From a virus (taxonomy: Duplodnaviria; Caudoviricetes), in the IMG/VR virus record IMGVR_UViG_3300050821_001527, positions 138,883 through 202,882 of that record: DNA of 64,000 nucleotides. The stretch is one strand, 5' to 3'. This document shows, piece by piece, positions 32,086-41,525 of the stretch (position 1 is the first letter of the stretch; each line of letters opens with the position of its first letter). The notes below the pieces were generated by a model. The model did no database searches. It had not been told where the DNA came from and was given only the letters and a program-made list of their open reading frames with translations. The translations under genes were made by a program, and so were the position numbers.

Positions 32086-32682
32086 TTAATTCGATAAATT
32101 TGCGCCCTTGCGGATATTTTCCTCTGCCCACAGCGGTTGAAGATTTGTGTAATGGAAGCAGGTTTTCTGTTGAGTGGGGTCTGTCAAATCAAAGGAGGCT
32201 ATCGGACGGATATGGTCTATGTGCCACCCGTGTAAGCTGTGATTATCCCACGTCATGCCCGGTTTCCATTGAGACTCAAGATGGGTTTTAAGTTGCTCAA
32301 GTGAACATCCTACCAAGTGCAGGGTTGGGTTGGTTTTACGAAGGTTTTGGCGTCCAAGGGATTCGTTGATTCTTTTGCGAAGGTTGTCCTTTAGTCGAAA
32401 ATTTACGTCGGTTCTGCGCCTGTTGCTGGCGTAAGCTCTAAAATACGCACGTCCGGCTGGGGTTTTGAATTTTCTGCGGGCTTTTCGTGTGATTGCGATA
32501 CGGTTAAGCTGATAATATCTTTGAGATTTTTCAGTGTCACGTTTCTTTCGGCAGGAGTCACACAGGGCATCATAACCATGCCAAACCCCATTGACGTATT
32601 TATCCCCTCTTTTGGTCACAGCTTTGAATTGTGTGATAGGAAAAGTCCCAAGGCATCGTTTGCATGTTTTCTCTTGCATCAT
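32086..32682 (-). CDS. HNH endonuclease (MTWDN...WHIDH.RP...NLQPLW family)
   Basis: GCS.EQLK.HLE.Q...GMTWDN...WHIDHIRP...HYTNLQPLWA.EN..K; AT-rich; antisense. Confidence 0.88.
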   Translation of the reverse strand: MMQEKTCKRCLGTFPITQFKAVTKRGDKYVNGVWHGYDALCDSCRKKRDTEKSQRYYQLNRIAITRKARRKFKTPAGRAYFRAYASNRRRTDVNFRLKDNLRKRINESLGRQNLRKTNPTLHLVGCSLEQLKTHLESQWKPGMTWDNHSLHGWHIDHIRPIASFDLTDPTQQKTCFHYTNLQPLWAEENIRKGANLSN

Positions 32683-32809
32683 AAGTAATTACACCTAAAT
32701 CAGTAAGAATGATAACGAAAATTGAGAATAAACTTGACAAAGCCTGAGAGTCTTGGTAGGATAGTATTACAGTTAAACGAAAAACAAAAACAAACTAAGT
32801 CAAAAATCC

Positions 32810-33628
32810 ATGAAAACGCCGCCATATATCATAACTGACCACTCCATCACCCTCGTCATCGGCAACAAGCCCCTCACGATGGTCGCTTCCAACGCCTCCT
32901 ACAGCGAGGTCAAGGCCCGTATCGCCCGTGGCGACTTCAAGGGCATCGAAGACCTTTTTGACGCTGGCAAGGCTCTGGCCCAATACGTCAATGGCAAAAT
33001 CGCCATCGTCGGCAACACCGTTCGTTTCAACGGCAACGTCGTCCACAACTACGTGGTGGACAAGATTATCGCCTTCCGCAAGCAGGGCTTACCCTATCAG
33101 CCGCTCCTGAACTTCCTTGAGAAGCTGTTGCAGAACCCGAGCCAGCATTCCGTGGAAGGTCTGTATTCCTTCTTGGAGAACGGCCTGATGCCGATTACCC
33201 CCGAAGGTAACTTCCAGTCCTACAAGGGCGTTCAGGACAACTTCTACTCCGTCCGCAACGGTTCCCTGACGTTGCTCAAGGGCCGCGCTGATTCGTCCGG
33301 CCACATCTACAACGGTGTCGGCGAGGAAATCGAATGCCCGCGCAACGAAGTCAGCGATAACTTCAACGAAGGCTGCGCCCGTGGCCTGCACATCGGTTCC
33401 CTGAACTACGCGAAGGGTTGGGGCAAGCGTGTGGTCATCGTCGAAGTCAACCCCGCTCATGTCGTCTCCGTTCCAAAGAACGAGGTCGAGAAGATGCGCT
33501 GCCACGCCTACAAGGTCGTGGGTGAGTTCAACGCCCCGCTTGACCAGAACTACACTGTCGGCACCACCGAGCAGTTGTCCGCGAAGGCCAAGGCCCAAAA
33601 GCGCGACTCCAACGGGCGTTTCGCCTAA
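32810..33628 (+). CDS. rIIB: rIIB-like protein
   Basis: PITPEGNF.SYKGV...CPRNEV.D....CA.GLHIGS..YA...VVIVEVNP.HVVSVP...KMRCH.YKV. Confidence 0.85.
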   Translation: MKTPPYIITDHSITLVIGNKPLTMVASNASYSEVKARIARGDFKGIEDLFDAGKALAQYVNGKIAIVGNTVRFNGNVVHNYVVDKIIAFRKQGLPYQPLLNFLEKLLQNPSQHSVEGLYSFLENGLMPITPEGNFQSYKGVQDNFYSVRNGSLTLLKGRADSSGHIYNGVGEEIECPRNEVSDNFNEGCARGLHIGSLNYAKGWGKRVVIVEVNPAHVVSVPKNEVEKMRCHAYKVVGEFNAPLDQNYTVGTTEQLSAKAKAQKRDSNGRFA

Positions 33629-33671
33629 TCCGAACAAATTCCGAATCCCACAGGGGGCTAGGTAATAAACC

Positions 33672-33705
33672 GGGCGGCTAGTCTTAGGACTGGTCGCCCT
33701 TTTTT
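33672..33705 (+). terminator. Intrinsic terminator after rIIB
   Basis: GGGCGGCTAGTC-TTAG-GACTGGTCGCCC-TTTTTT. Confidence 0.9.
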
Positions 33706-33739
33706 ATTCAATAAATATCAACCCCAAACTATAATAAGC

Positions 33740-33934
33740 ATGAAACAAAAACTCTCACTACTTCTGTTGGCCGGGGTGCTGGCGTTGGCGGGTTGCAGGA
33801 GCGATTCTGCGTCCGCGATGCCCGAATATCGCCCGACCCCTTCGATTGACCTGTCCAACCCGGAGAGCCAGCGCAATTACGACGCCTATCTCAAGTGGCA
33901 GGCCGAACATGACGCACAAAAAGCCAAGCAATAA
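33740..33934 (+). CDS. Small lipoprotein
   Basis: LLLLAGVLALAGC lipobox; TATAAT just upstream. Confidence 0.7.
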   Translation: MKQKLSLLLLAGVLALAGCRSDSASAMPEYRPTPSIDLSNPESQRNYDAYLKWQAEHDAQKAKQ

Positions 33935-33971
33935 GCTTGACTTACGGGGAGGATTTGGTAGAGTAAGGGGA

Positions 33972-34517
33972 ATGAAAATCCTTTTCCTCGATATTGATGG
34001 CGTCCTGAACAGCGAAGAATCGTTCCACCTGAACCATCAGGCTCGTTGCGATGACGCCCACCGTAATGGCCGCGACGGGGCTTCCTTCAAGCCGGAATTT
34101 TGCTGGCCCTTGGGACACCTTCACACGCCCCTGATTGCCCGTCTGAATCAAATCATGGAGGACACTGGTTGCTTCATCGTCCTATCCTCGTCTTGGAGAA
34201 TCATTTGCGACTTGCCGGATTTGCGCGGCTGGATGAAGCAGAAGGGTTTCGAGTTTGGGGACAGGATGATTGACAAGACGGACAATGACCCGCAGGACGC
34301 CCGTGGCGGGCAGATACAGCGTTGGCTGGACGCGCACCCCGAAGTGACTGCCTACGCAATCCTTGACGATGATTCCGAGGATATTGTCGGAACCTACACC
34401 ACAAAACATCACCACAACAACTTTGTCCATACGCCTTTCATGTATGGCCTTCAAGACGAGCAGGTTGGACAGGTGTTTGAAATTTTGAATCGCAGGAATA
34501 AGTCCTTGACAGTTTGA
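33972..34517 (+). CDS. HAD-superfamily phosphatase (HAD_SAK_2, RNA-repair-associated type)
   Basis: MKILFLDIDGVLNS, VLSSSWR, RGGQIQRWL, AILDDD. Confidence 0.85.
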   Translation: MKILFLDIDGVLNSEESFHLNHQARCDDAHRNGRDGASFKPEFCWPLGHLHTPLIARLNQIMEDTGCFIVLSSSWRIICDLPDLRGWMKQKGFEFGDRMIDKTDNDPQDARGGQIQRWLDAHPEVTAYAILDDDSEDIVGTYTTKHHHNNFVHTPFMYGLQDEQVGQVFEILNRRNKSLTV

Positions 34518-34540
34518 GAAGTGATTGGTAGTCTAATTAT

Positions 34541-34676
34541 GGTCTGAGCGGTAGCTGGACGTAAGGCAGTAGTCGGTGGCTAAAACAGGAAGTGGCAGGA
34601 GTAATTGCCCTGCTTACCCTGATAAATCTAAGGCGAATCGAGCGTCCGAGGGGCTAACAGCCCTTCCTGACCACCA
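34541..34676 (+). ncRNA. tRNA-scaffold RNA 1 (136 nt, ends in ACCA)
   Basis: Starts 6 nt after the -10 box TAGTCT; acceptor GGTCTGA/CCTGACC (2 mismatches); internal helix GGACG/CGTCC; T-like arm AGGGG-CTAACAG-CCCTT; ACCA. Confidence 0.6.
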
Positions 34677-34681
34677 ATTTA

Positions 34682-36068
34682 ATGAAAAAAAAGAATCTCA
34701 TAGTGGCCTATCAAACGCCTGACGGCGAACTTCATCCCGTCTGCATGGCCTACAGCCATTTCCATTTGGGCGTGGATAATGCGGCGGTGTTTACCGAAGA
34801 CCAGCAGATTCGCCTCGCCATTGCCGCCGTCAAGAGCCAGAAGGCCCACTGGAAGGGTTTGTCCCGCGATGGGGCGTTTGCCATCATCAATATTGACAAG
34901 CCGCACGGGTATTCCATTTTTCTCGAAAACGCTGGCGGGATTCTTGCCCACAACTACAAGGGACAAATTCGTCGAGCGGCAATCAGGAGCATTAACGGCA
35001 TGAGCGCGGCGGCATGGTATGAGAAGCTGCGCGAACGCAAGTCTTTATGCGTCGTATGAGATTTGAAGAACGATGGGCCTTAACGAAACATGGTCTGATA
35101 ATTCCTACCATCAAGTATGGGGATTTTAGCCAAGTCATTCTCCTACCCCTTTTTCTGTTGAGGTTTCCGAGGCAGGATTGGCCAGAGATACCAATGTATC
35201 GTGACTTCCCGGCCCTGCCCGGAACAAATACGTGTGTTCTAGTCTATGGCAAGAAACAGATTGGCTTGAGCATAGATTCAAACGGGGAGTCCATTGGGGT
35301 AAGTCTTAGCCATCCCGTATCTAAGTATTGGTTGTCTATTTTGCAGCCAATTTGGAACGCTCATAAGCCTAAATGCCCGACGTGCCGCGATACTGGTTGG
35401 GACGGAATAGGATACACACTAACCTGTGTTGATTGCGGAAAGTCCAAATAAATATGATTAAATTTAAAGACATGGCGATAGGCCAGCGATTCTTCGCATG
35501 GGGCGATTGCGTCCTGAACTACAATTACCCGAAATGGTGCCTGTTGGAAAAGGTTGACGAAAGCACAGCCAAGGAAATCATGGCTGACGGCAGCGATGGC
35601 ATCAAGACCGGAATGGAAACGGCGGGGAGTTTCATCCCCGAAGTCAAGCACGTTTTCCTTGTCGAAGTCAGCGTCCTGAATCCCATTGACAAGCCCGGAA
35701 CGATTCAAGGTCATGTGGAGAAATTCTTGCAGAACGTCAATGACCTACAGACGCAAATCGGAAGTTCCTCCAACTTCACCATAAAACTCCTTGACAAGAG
35801 TGGAAGCGTTTGATAAGGTTAGAGCGTAATGAAATTCGTGAAAGCAAATCTCGACGGCGAAGAATTGAGATTGACGATTGAGGGCTTAGAAAGCCTTTTG
35901 GAAAACATGAAATCTTGGGGGCAAAAAGCTCCATTATATTCTCCCATGCGAGAGGTCTTTCTTGCTCAATGTGAACAAAGAAAGGCGCGAATATCCGGTC
36001 TGGTTGAATACTTTCAGATAGGATTGCTCAATACTCCGAACGGACAATTTATCGGAGACAAAATTTAA
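34682..36068 (+). other. Hypothetical CDS (34682-35059, 35047-35451, 35454-35813, 35829-36068)
   Basis: ORF track plus promoter positions. Confidence 0.65.
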
Positions 36069-36271
36069 CGGTGGATAGCTCAGGTTCAGAGCGCAAGCTT
36101 AATAAGCTTTCCTGAAAAGGATAGCCGCACATTACCCGAGAGAAAGCGGAAAAAGTTGGCCGTGAAATTGACGGCAGAACGTTCGTGAGTAAAGCGGATA
36201 TGGGTGGTTGTTGGGTTCAGGAGTAGATTACATCTACGAGGTCGAAGAATGAAATCCTTCTCCACTGACCA
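36069..36271 (+). ncRNA. tRNA-scaffold RNA 2 (203 nt, ends in ACCA)
   Basis: Acceptor CGGTGGA/TCCACTG; TA; D arm GCTC-AGGTTCA-GAGC; hairpin AAGC-TTAATAA-GCTT; domain of about 110 nt closed by TCCTGAA/TTCAGGA; hairpin GTAGA/TCTAC; GAGGTC; T arm GAAGA-ATGAAAT-CCTTC; ACCA. Confidence 0.75.
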
Positions 36272-36323
36272 TTTTGTCACTACATTACTTTCCCGTAGTG
36301 ACATTCTTAGTGTAATATCTGAT

Positions 36324-36887
36324 ATGAACGAGTCAGATTACATTGGAAAAACTTTCAACCGCATTACCATCATCGGGAAAGACGAAGAACGCACTACCAA
36401 AGATTGCTTCTATGTTACTGGCAAATGCACTTGCGGACGTATCAAGAGTTATGCCCGCCACCGATTGATGGGAAAGGATGCTCCGCAAAGCTGCGGCTGC
36501 ATTCAAAGAGAACTCAAGGCTGGTAAGAAATATCTCCCACCGGGAGAGGCCGCGATTCGTGAAACATGGAGAATTTACAAAGAGAATGCTAAACGTCGTA
36601 AGTTTTCTTTTTCCATTGATTTATTGAATTTTAAATCATTGACCCAAAAACCCTGTCATTATTGCGGGGCACCACCAACCAACGTCCACAAAACCCGCAC
36701 AAAGACGCCAGATTCTTGTTCTTATAGCGGTTTAGACCGAGTGAAGACGCGAGAGGGATATAGCGTAGAAAATGTCGTAACCTGTTGTGCAGTTTGTAAT
36801 TGGATGAAAGGGACGATGGAATACGCCGAATTCATCAAACAGGTCGAAAAAATATCGAATCACTTGAAAAGCCTTGACAGGAAGTGA
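36324..36887 (+). CDS. HNH homing-type endonuclease (PacI-like C-terminus)
   Basis: IGKTFNRITI...KCTCG N-terminus; CHYCG...GLDRV...GYSVENVVTCCAVCNWMKG; ATG 7 nt after GTGTAAT. Confidence 0.85.
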   Translation: MNESDYIGKTFNRITIIGKDEERTTKDCFYVTGKCTCGRIKSYARHRLMGKDAPQSCGCIQRELKAGKKYLPPGEAAIRETWRIYKENAKRRKFSFSIDLLNFKSLTQKPCHYCGAPPTNVHKTRTKTPDSCSYSGLDRVKTREGYSVENVVTCCAVCNWMKGTMEYAEFIKQVEKISNHLKSLDRK

Positions 36888-36908
36888 ATTTTGGTTTAAT
36901 TTCAGTAT

Positions 36909-37373
36909 ATGTTTGCGACACATAACTCAGCCGTCGAGTCCTTCCAATTCAGGTGGGCGGAACCTTTGGGCTATCCCGAGTGTCCTTACATGAAAAGATG
37001 GGTTTTTGTGTTTTTCGGTTACTCTATTCGCGTCCATCACTGGATTCGCAGCGACGACAAACGTTTCTTTCATTGTCACCCTTGGAACTTTCTGACCATC
37101 GTTCTCAAGGGTGGTTACACGGATGTATCGCCGTCTTTAGACCTGTTTCTTGACGCTCAGGAGCCTATTAGAGAGACTTTGACGGCTGGAATGGTCAAAT
37201 ACCGTCGCGCCGAACACAAGCACTATGTTGATGTTCCCGTGGGCGGGGCATGGACTCTGCTTCTGGCCGGACGCAAAAAGCGCAAGTGGGGCTTTTGGAT
37301 TAAGCCTAACCAGTTTTTCCGACCACTACGATATTTCAGTAAATACGGACACCCGCCCTGTTCGGAACAGTGA
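36909..37373 (+). CDS. Cupin-fold protein
   Basis: SIRVHHW..SD...FHCHPW.F.TIVLKGGY.D...HKH.V. Confidence 0.7.
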   Translation: MFATHNSAVESFQFRWAEPLGYPECPYMKRWVFVFFGYSIRVHHWIRSDDKRFFHCHPWNFLTIVLKGGYTDVSPSLDLFLDAQEPIRETLTAGMVKYRRAEHKHYVDVPVGGAWTLLLAGRKKRKWGFWIKPNQFFRPLRYFSKYGHPPCSEQ

Positions 37374-37505
37374 TTAGCTCTTAACCAGCAAGTCAACAGC
37401 AAGCAGAATAACAGCAACCGGGATTAGGGGCCACGAAGGTTTGACAAGGGCACCAATCGCCAAGGCGAGCGCGAGAACGGGCAGGATGACATGAATGTTG
37501 TTCAT
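37374..37505 (-). CDS. 43-aa two-TM peptide (absent from the ORF track)
   Basis: TTGGAT-17-TATAAT-5-ATG on the - strand; MNNIHVILPVLALALAIGALVKPSWPLIPVAVILLAVDLLVKS*. Confidence 0.7.
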   Translation of the reverse strand: MNNIHVILPVLALALAIGALVKPSWPLIPVAVILLAVDLLVKS

Positions 37506-37559
37506 GCCTTATTATATTGGAAGTCAGGTATTTATCCAAGGGGAAATCCCCGATAGAAA

Positions 37560-39311
37560 ATGAAAACTGTCAGAGAATGGACAAATAAGGCGATGGATAC
37601 GACTTTTCGATGGGATTTCGAGAAGTTGATACAATCCATTCAGATAGATGCCTTTAAAGCGGGGCGCAAATCCGCCCGCCACGTTTGCCGCGAAAGCAAG
37701 ACCTGTGCCTGCGATATTCAGGGTTTGGAACCCAATGAAGAATGTCCGGTGCATGGCGCGGGGGAATATCCTCCCCGTTGCGGAACCTGCGGGCGTTTTA
37801 TCACCCGCGACAATAAATCTCAATAAATATGAGCCTTTCACAAGACCCGGAACAACTCGAAAATCTTCCCTCCCGCGAAGTCATTCGTGTCAGCGACACC
37901 TACGACCACTATTGGGGCGAAGGGATGCCTTGGGCGCGTATGAACCGTTGGTTCGAGGCTCAGGAGGGGCGCAATGTTGACCGCGTTTTCCACGACTTCG
38001 TGCATCTGAAATGGCTGCTGGCCGAATATCGCACCAAGGAACAATTCCGCCGCCACATTGAAATGGACACCTTCGTCGTGGATGGAAGGGTTTGCTACTA
38101 CGACGCTTACCACTCCCGCTGGCAAAACGAGCCTTGGCAGGTTGTCGAGAAGCAGGCTCGCAAGACCATCTACGTCAATCCGACTACACACACCGTCGAA
38201 ATCTTCAAGCCTCCGACGGACAAAAGCTGGAAGTCCCGCTGGTATGCCGAACGTGCGGCGAAGGTCAAGGTGCTTGGCGATTACCACCAGCTTTACAAGA
38301 AAGACGGTATTTGGTATGAAGTCAAGGCGCAAAAGGCCACCAACCGTATGCTCCACTTCACCCCTTGGCGTTGCCCCTTGAAAAAGCCGGATGACATTCT
38401 GATGGAAAGCGGCGACTCGCCCTTGGGCCAGCCCATCCAAATCATCCTCAAACGCCAGCTTAACAGCAAGGAACTGCGTAAACATGGCTTGGCCAACGAC
38501 TTGAAATAATCTATGAAAATAAGAAACGAGAAAGTAATTGACGTGTCCGATTGGGACGGCTTGGTTGAGAAAACGTATGGCAGGCCATACAGCTTCCAAC
38601 AGCAAGACGGGTGCCAGAGCAGGGGTAGTTTCCGCTTTAGCGTCCCGAGCGACGAAGCCTGCGACTTTGAAAGCGAAACCGTGCCGGAAATCGTCAACCA
38701 TGAAACGATGGGCGTGAGCTTTGCCGCATGGCTCAAACGCGACCCCAAGGCGAAATTGGCCGGGGAGAAAGATTGTCCCGATTACTGTATCGAATTGTGG
38801 TGGCACCGCAATTTCTATCCTGAATTTCAAACGGTGGCGAATGACCTTCACGCCAAGGGACTTCTGGAAGCCGGGGACTACACCATCAACATTGACTGGT
38901 AAATAAAATTCAATAAATATATGCTAGGCTACATCATACTCATTCTCCTGTTGGCCGTGTTTGTGGCGGCGTTCATCGTCGTCCGCAACCAGCGCGACAA
39001 AATCTACGATTCGATGGTCGAATATCGTCGCATGTATTGGGCTGAATGTGACCGTGCCGACGACTTGGAAATCAGGCTCATAGACGGGCCGAAACCCCCA
39101 AAGGATTGACGTGGAAAGACTTACGCTTAACCAGCAAGAGGATTGGCAGACATGGAAGCAGTCTATGGGGCGTTATTCGGGCATTGACTTCGACAAGGAG
39201 CCTACCCATTATCCGTGTATCTTGTTGTGGTTCAACTATGATATTCGAGGCTCCAAACATGATGGGGGTGGCCACGATTTTGTTTACAGGGAAGATTTGG
39301 AAAAGCTTTGA
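37560..39311 (+). other. Hypothetical CDS (37560-37826, 37829-38509, 38513-38902, 38921-39109, 39111-39311)
   Basis: Tightly packed ORFs. Confidence 0.65.
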
Positions 39312-39388
39312 TTTTCCCTTGACAGTTCAAGAATTATCTGTCAGAGTAATAGAGTAGTCGCAGTAAAAACCTAAACTTAAAACCTAAA

Positions 39389-41455
39389 ATGATTCAACTC
39401 GACAAACCCAACACGGTAATTTCCAGCGGCATCGAAAACGCTGTCTCCTTCGGCATCAAGCAGGAAGGACTGGCCCACATCTTCTCCGTTCTCCGCAATC
39501 AACTGTATTCTGACAAGACCCTCGCCGTAATCCGCGAGTATTGCACGAATGCCGTTGACGCCCATGTCGAAGCCGGGAAAGCCCTACTGCCCATCAAGGT
39601 CACGCTGCCCTCCCGCTTCAATCTGGTGTTCAAGGTGCGCGATTTCGGCTTGGGCCTGACCGAGCAGGACATTCAGGACATTTACGCCTTCTACGGCGAA
39701 TCCACGAAGCGCAAGAGCAACGCCATGATTGGGCAGTTGGGCTTGGGCAGCAAGTCGGCTTTCGCCTACGGTGACAATTTCGTCATCACTTCCTACACCA
39801 ACGGAACCAAGACCACCTACAACGCCTTCATTGACGTGACGCAGATTGGTCAAATCGCCAAGTTGGGCAGCGAACCCACCGACGAGCCGAATGGTGTTGA
39901 GATTTCCATTGGCGTCCGCGAGGATGACGTGGAAGATTTCCACAGCAAGGCCGAGAACCTTTTCAAGTATTTCAAGGTCAAGCCGGAAATTGACGGCGCG
40001 GATTTCAAGTTTGAAGCCCGTGTTCCCATCATGGAAGGCAAGGGCTGGCGCGTGTTCAGCGGCACTTCCGTTGCCGTCATGGGCAACATCGGCTACCCGC
40101 TCGAAAACCACACGAAGGACAACCAGATTGCCGAAGCTTTGACGGCGGGCATTGAAGTTGATTTCAACATCGGCGACTTGGAAATTTCCGCCTCCCGCGA
40201 AAAGCTGCAATACACTGACCGCACCAAGGCTGCGGTGGAAGCCAAGCTGCGTGAAGTCATCAAGGAAGCGGGCGAGCAGTTGAACAAGCGTTTCGCCGCC
40301 TGCGCGACGTTGTTTGACGCGATGAAGCTGTATGGACAGGTCATGGACTACGGTTCTAGTCTGTATCCCCTGCGCGGCCTGTTGAAGAAGAATCTGATGT
40401 TCAACGGCACTTCGATTTCGAGTAGCCGCCTACACTTCCAAACGCCGAATGACGGTAGTTGGAACGTGCGTGAATACAGCCTGACCTACCGCTCGAAGCG
40501 CGTCCGCTCGAATCAGGTCAACGTGATTGACTGTGACGAAAAGACGGTTGTGGTTCTGAACGACTTGGGCCTGCGCGGTGGGATTCCGAATCGCGTCCAT
40601 GCCAATGTCATGGCGGGCAAGCGTGTCTATGTCGCCTACTATGCGAACAAGGACAGCGCGAAGTTCTTGAAGGAAACCGGACTGGTGGATGCGAACTGCA
40701 TCCTCCTTAGCTCGCTGCCGAAAGTCAGCTTGGCGACTGCCGGTAATTCCGGTGGCGGGGCGAAGAACAGCAAGCACGGTCTTAGCGTGTTCTCCTTCGA
40801 TTACGCCGCTTCCAAGAACATGACCCGCTATTCCAGCCGCAATTCCGACTACTGGAAGCCCGAAACGGTGGACGTGGCGAATGATGCCGGTGTCTATGTC
40901 ATCATTGACCAGTTCAACTTCCAGACCCGCAACAGTGGTTGGGATAGCCCGAGCGACATGCGCCGTCTGATTGAACGCTTGGAAAAGTTGGGCATCACGG
41001 TGCCGACCATCTACGGGTTCAAGGCCAAGCAGTTTGAGAAGGCCCGCAAGAACGCCAAGATGGTTAGCCTGTGGAACTGGCTCGACACCACGCTGGCCGC
41101 GTATTTCACCACGAATGACATTTCGCAGAAGCTCGCCAATCGCATCGAGTTCAACAACAACAGGGGTTCTGAAAGTTGGATTCGCACCTTGATGGCCCAC
41201 GCCAGCGAGTTGACTCCCAAGACGAGTGCTGCCGGGACTGCGGAGTTCCTGCGCCATCTGGAATGCTCTGGCGAAGCTGCGAAGCTGGACGCTTGCGCCG
41301 AGTTTTCGGGTTACGTGACGCTGGTGAAGCCCGAGTTCACCATGTCCGAAATTGCGAAGGACTTCAACGCGAAGTATCCCTTGCTCAAGTTCGTCAACTT
41401 CGGCCAGCCGAATAGCTGGATTGCGACACTCGCATACATCAACTTGGTTGGGTAA
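39389..41455 (+). CDS. rIIA: rIIA-like protein (N-terminal GHKL/HATPase domain)
   Basis: LYSDKTLAVIREYCTNAVDAH, VRDFGLGL, STKRKSN..IGQLGLGSKSAFAY, ISASREKL.YT. Confidence 0.88.
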   Translation: MIQLDKPNTVISSGIENAVSFGIKQEGLAHIFSVLRNQLYSDKTLAVIREYCTNAVDAHVEAGKALLPIKVTLPSRFNLVFKVRDFGLGLTEQDIQDIYAFYGESTKRKSNAMIGQLGLGSKSAFAYGDNFVITSYTNGTKTTYNAFIDVTQIGQIAKLGSEPTDEPNGVEISIGVREDDVEDFHSKAENLFKYFKVKPEIDGADFKFEARVPIMEGKGWRVFSGTSVAVMGNIGYPLENHTKDNQIAEALTAGIEVDFNIGDLEISASREKLQYTDRTKAAVEAKLREVIKEAGEQLNKRFAACATLFDAMKLYGQVMDYGSSLYPLRGLLKKNLMFNGTSISSSRLHFQTPNDGSWNVREYSLTYRSKRVRSNQVNVIDCDEKTVVVLNDLGLRGGIPNRVHANVMAGKRVYVAYYANKDSAKFLKETGLVDANCILLSSLPKVSLATAGNSGGGAKNSKHGLSVFSFDYAASKNMTRYSSRNSDYWKPETVDVANDAGVYVIIDQFNFQTRNSGWDSPSDMRRLIERLEKLGITVPTIYGFKAKQFEKARKNAKMVSLWNWLDTTLAAYFTTNDISQKLANRIEFNNNRGSESWIRTLMAHASELTPKTSAAGTAEFLRHLECSGEAAKLDACAEFSGYVTLVKPEFTMSEIAKDFNAKYPLLKFVNFGQPNSWIATLAYINLVG

Positions 41456-41479
41456 GTTTTAGGTCTTACTCGATTACTC

Positions 41480-41514
41480 AGGGCGGCGGGGAGAGTTCCT
41501 CGCCGCCCTTATTT
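41480..41514 (+). terminator. Intrinsic terminator after rIIA
   Basis: AGGGCGGCGGGGA-GAGT-TCCTCGCCGCCCT-TATTT. Confidence 0.85.
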
Positions 41515-41525
41515 AATTCAATTTA

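Noticed and set aside
36204-36323. N-terminal part of the HNH ORF as given in the track
   Set aside because: It overlaps the 3' half of the tRNA-like RNA and a hairpin. The ATG at 36324, 7 nt after GTGTAAT, is more plausible.
37440-37470. Plus-strand TTGACA promoter
   Set aside because: There is no -10 box at 16-18 nt; the hexamer lies inside the minus-strand peptide gene.
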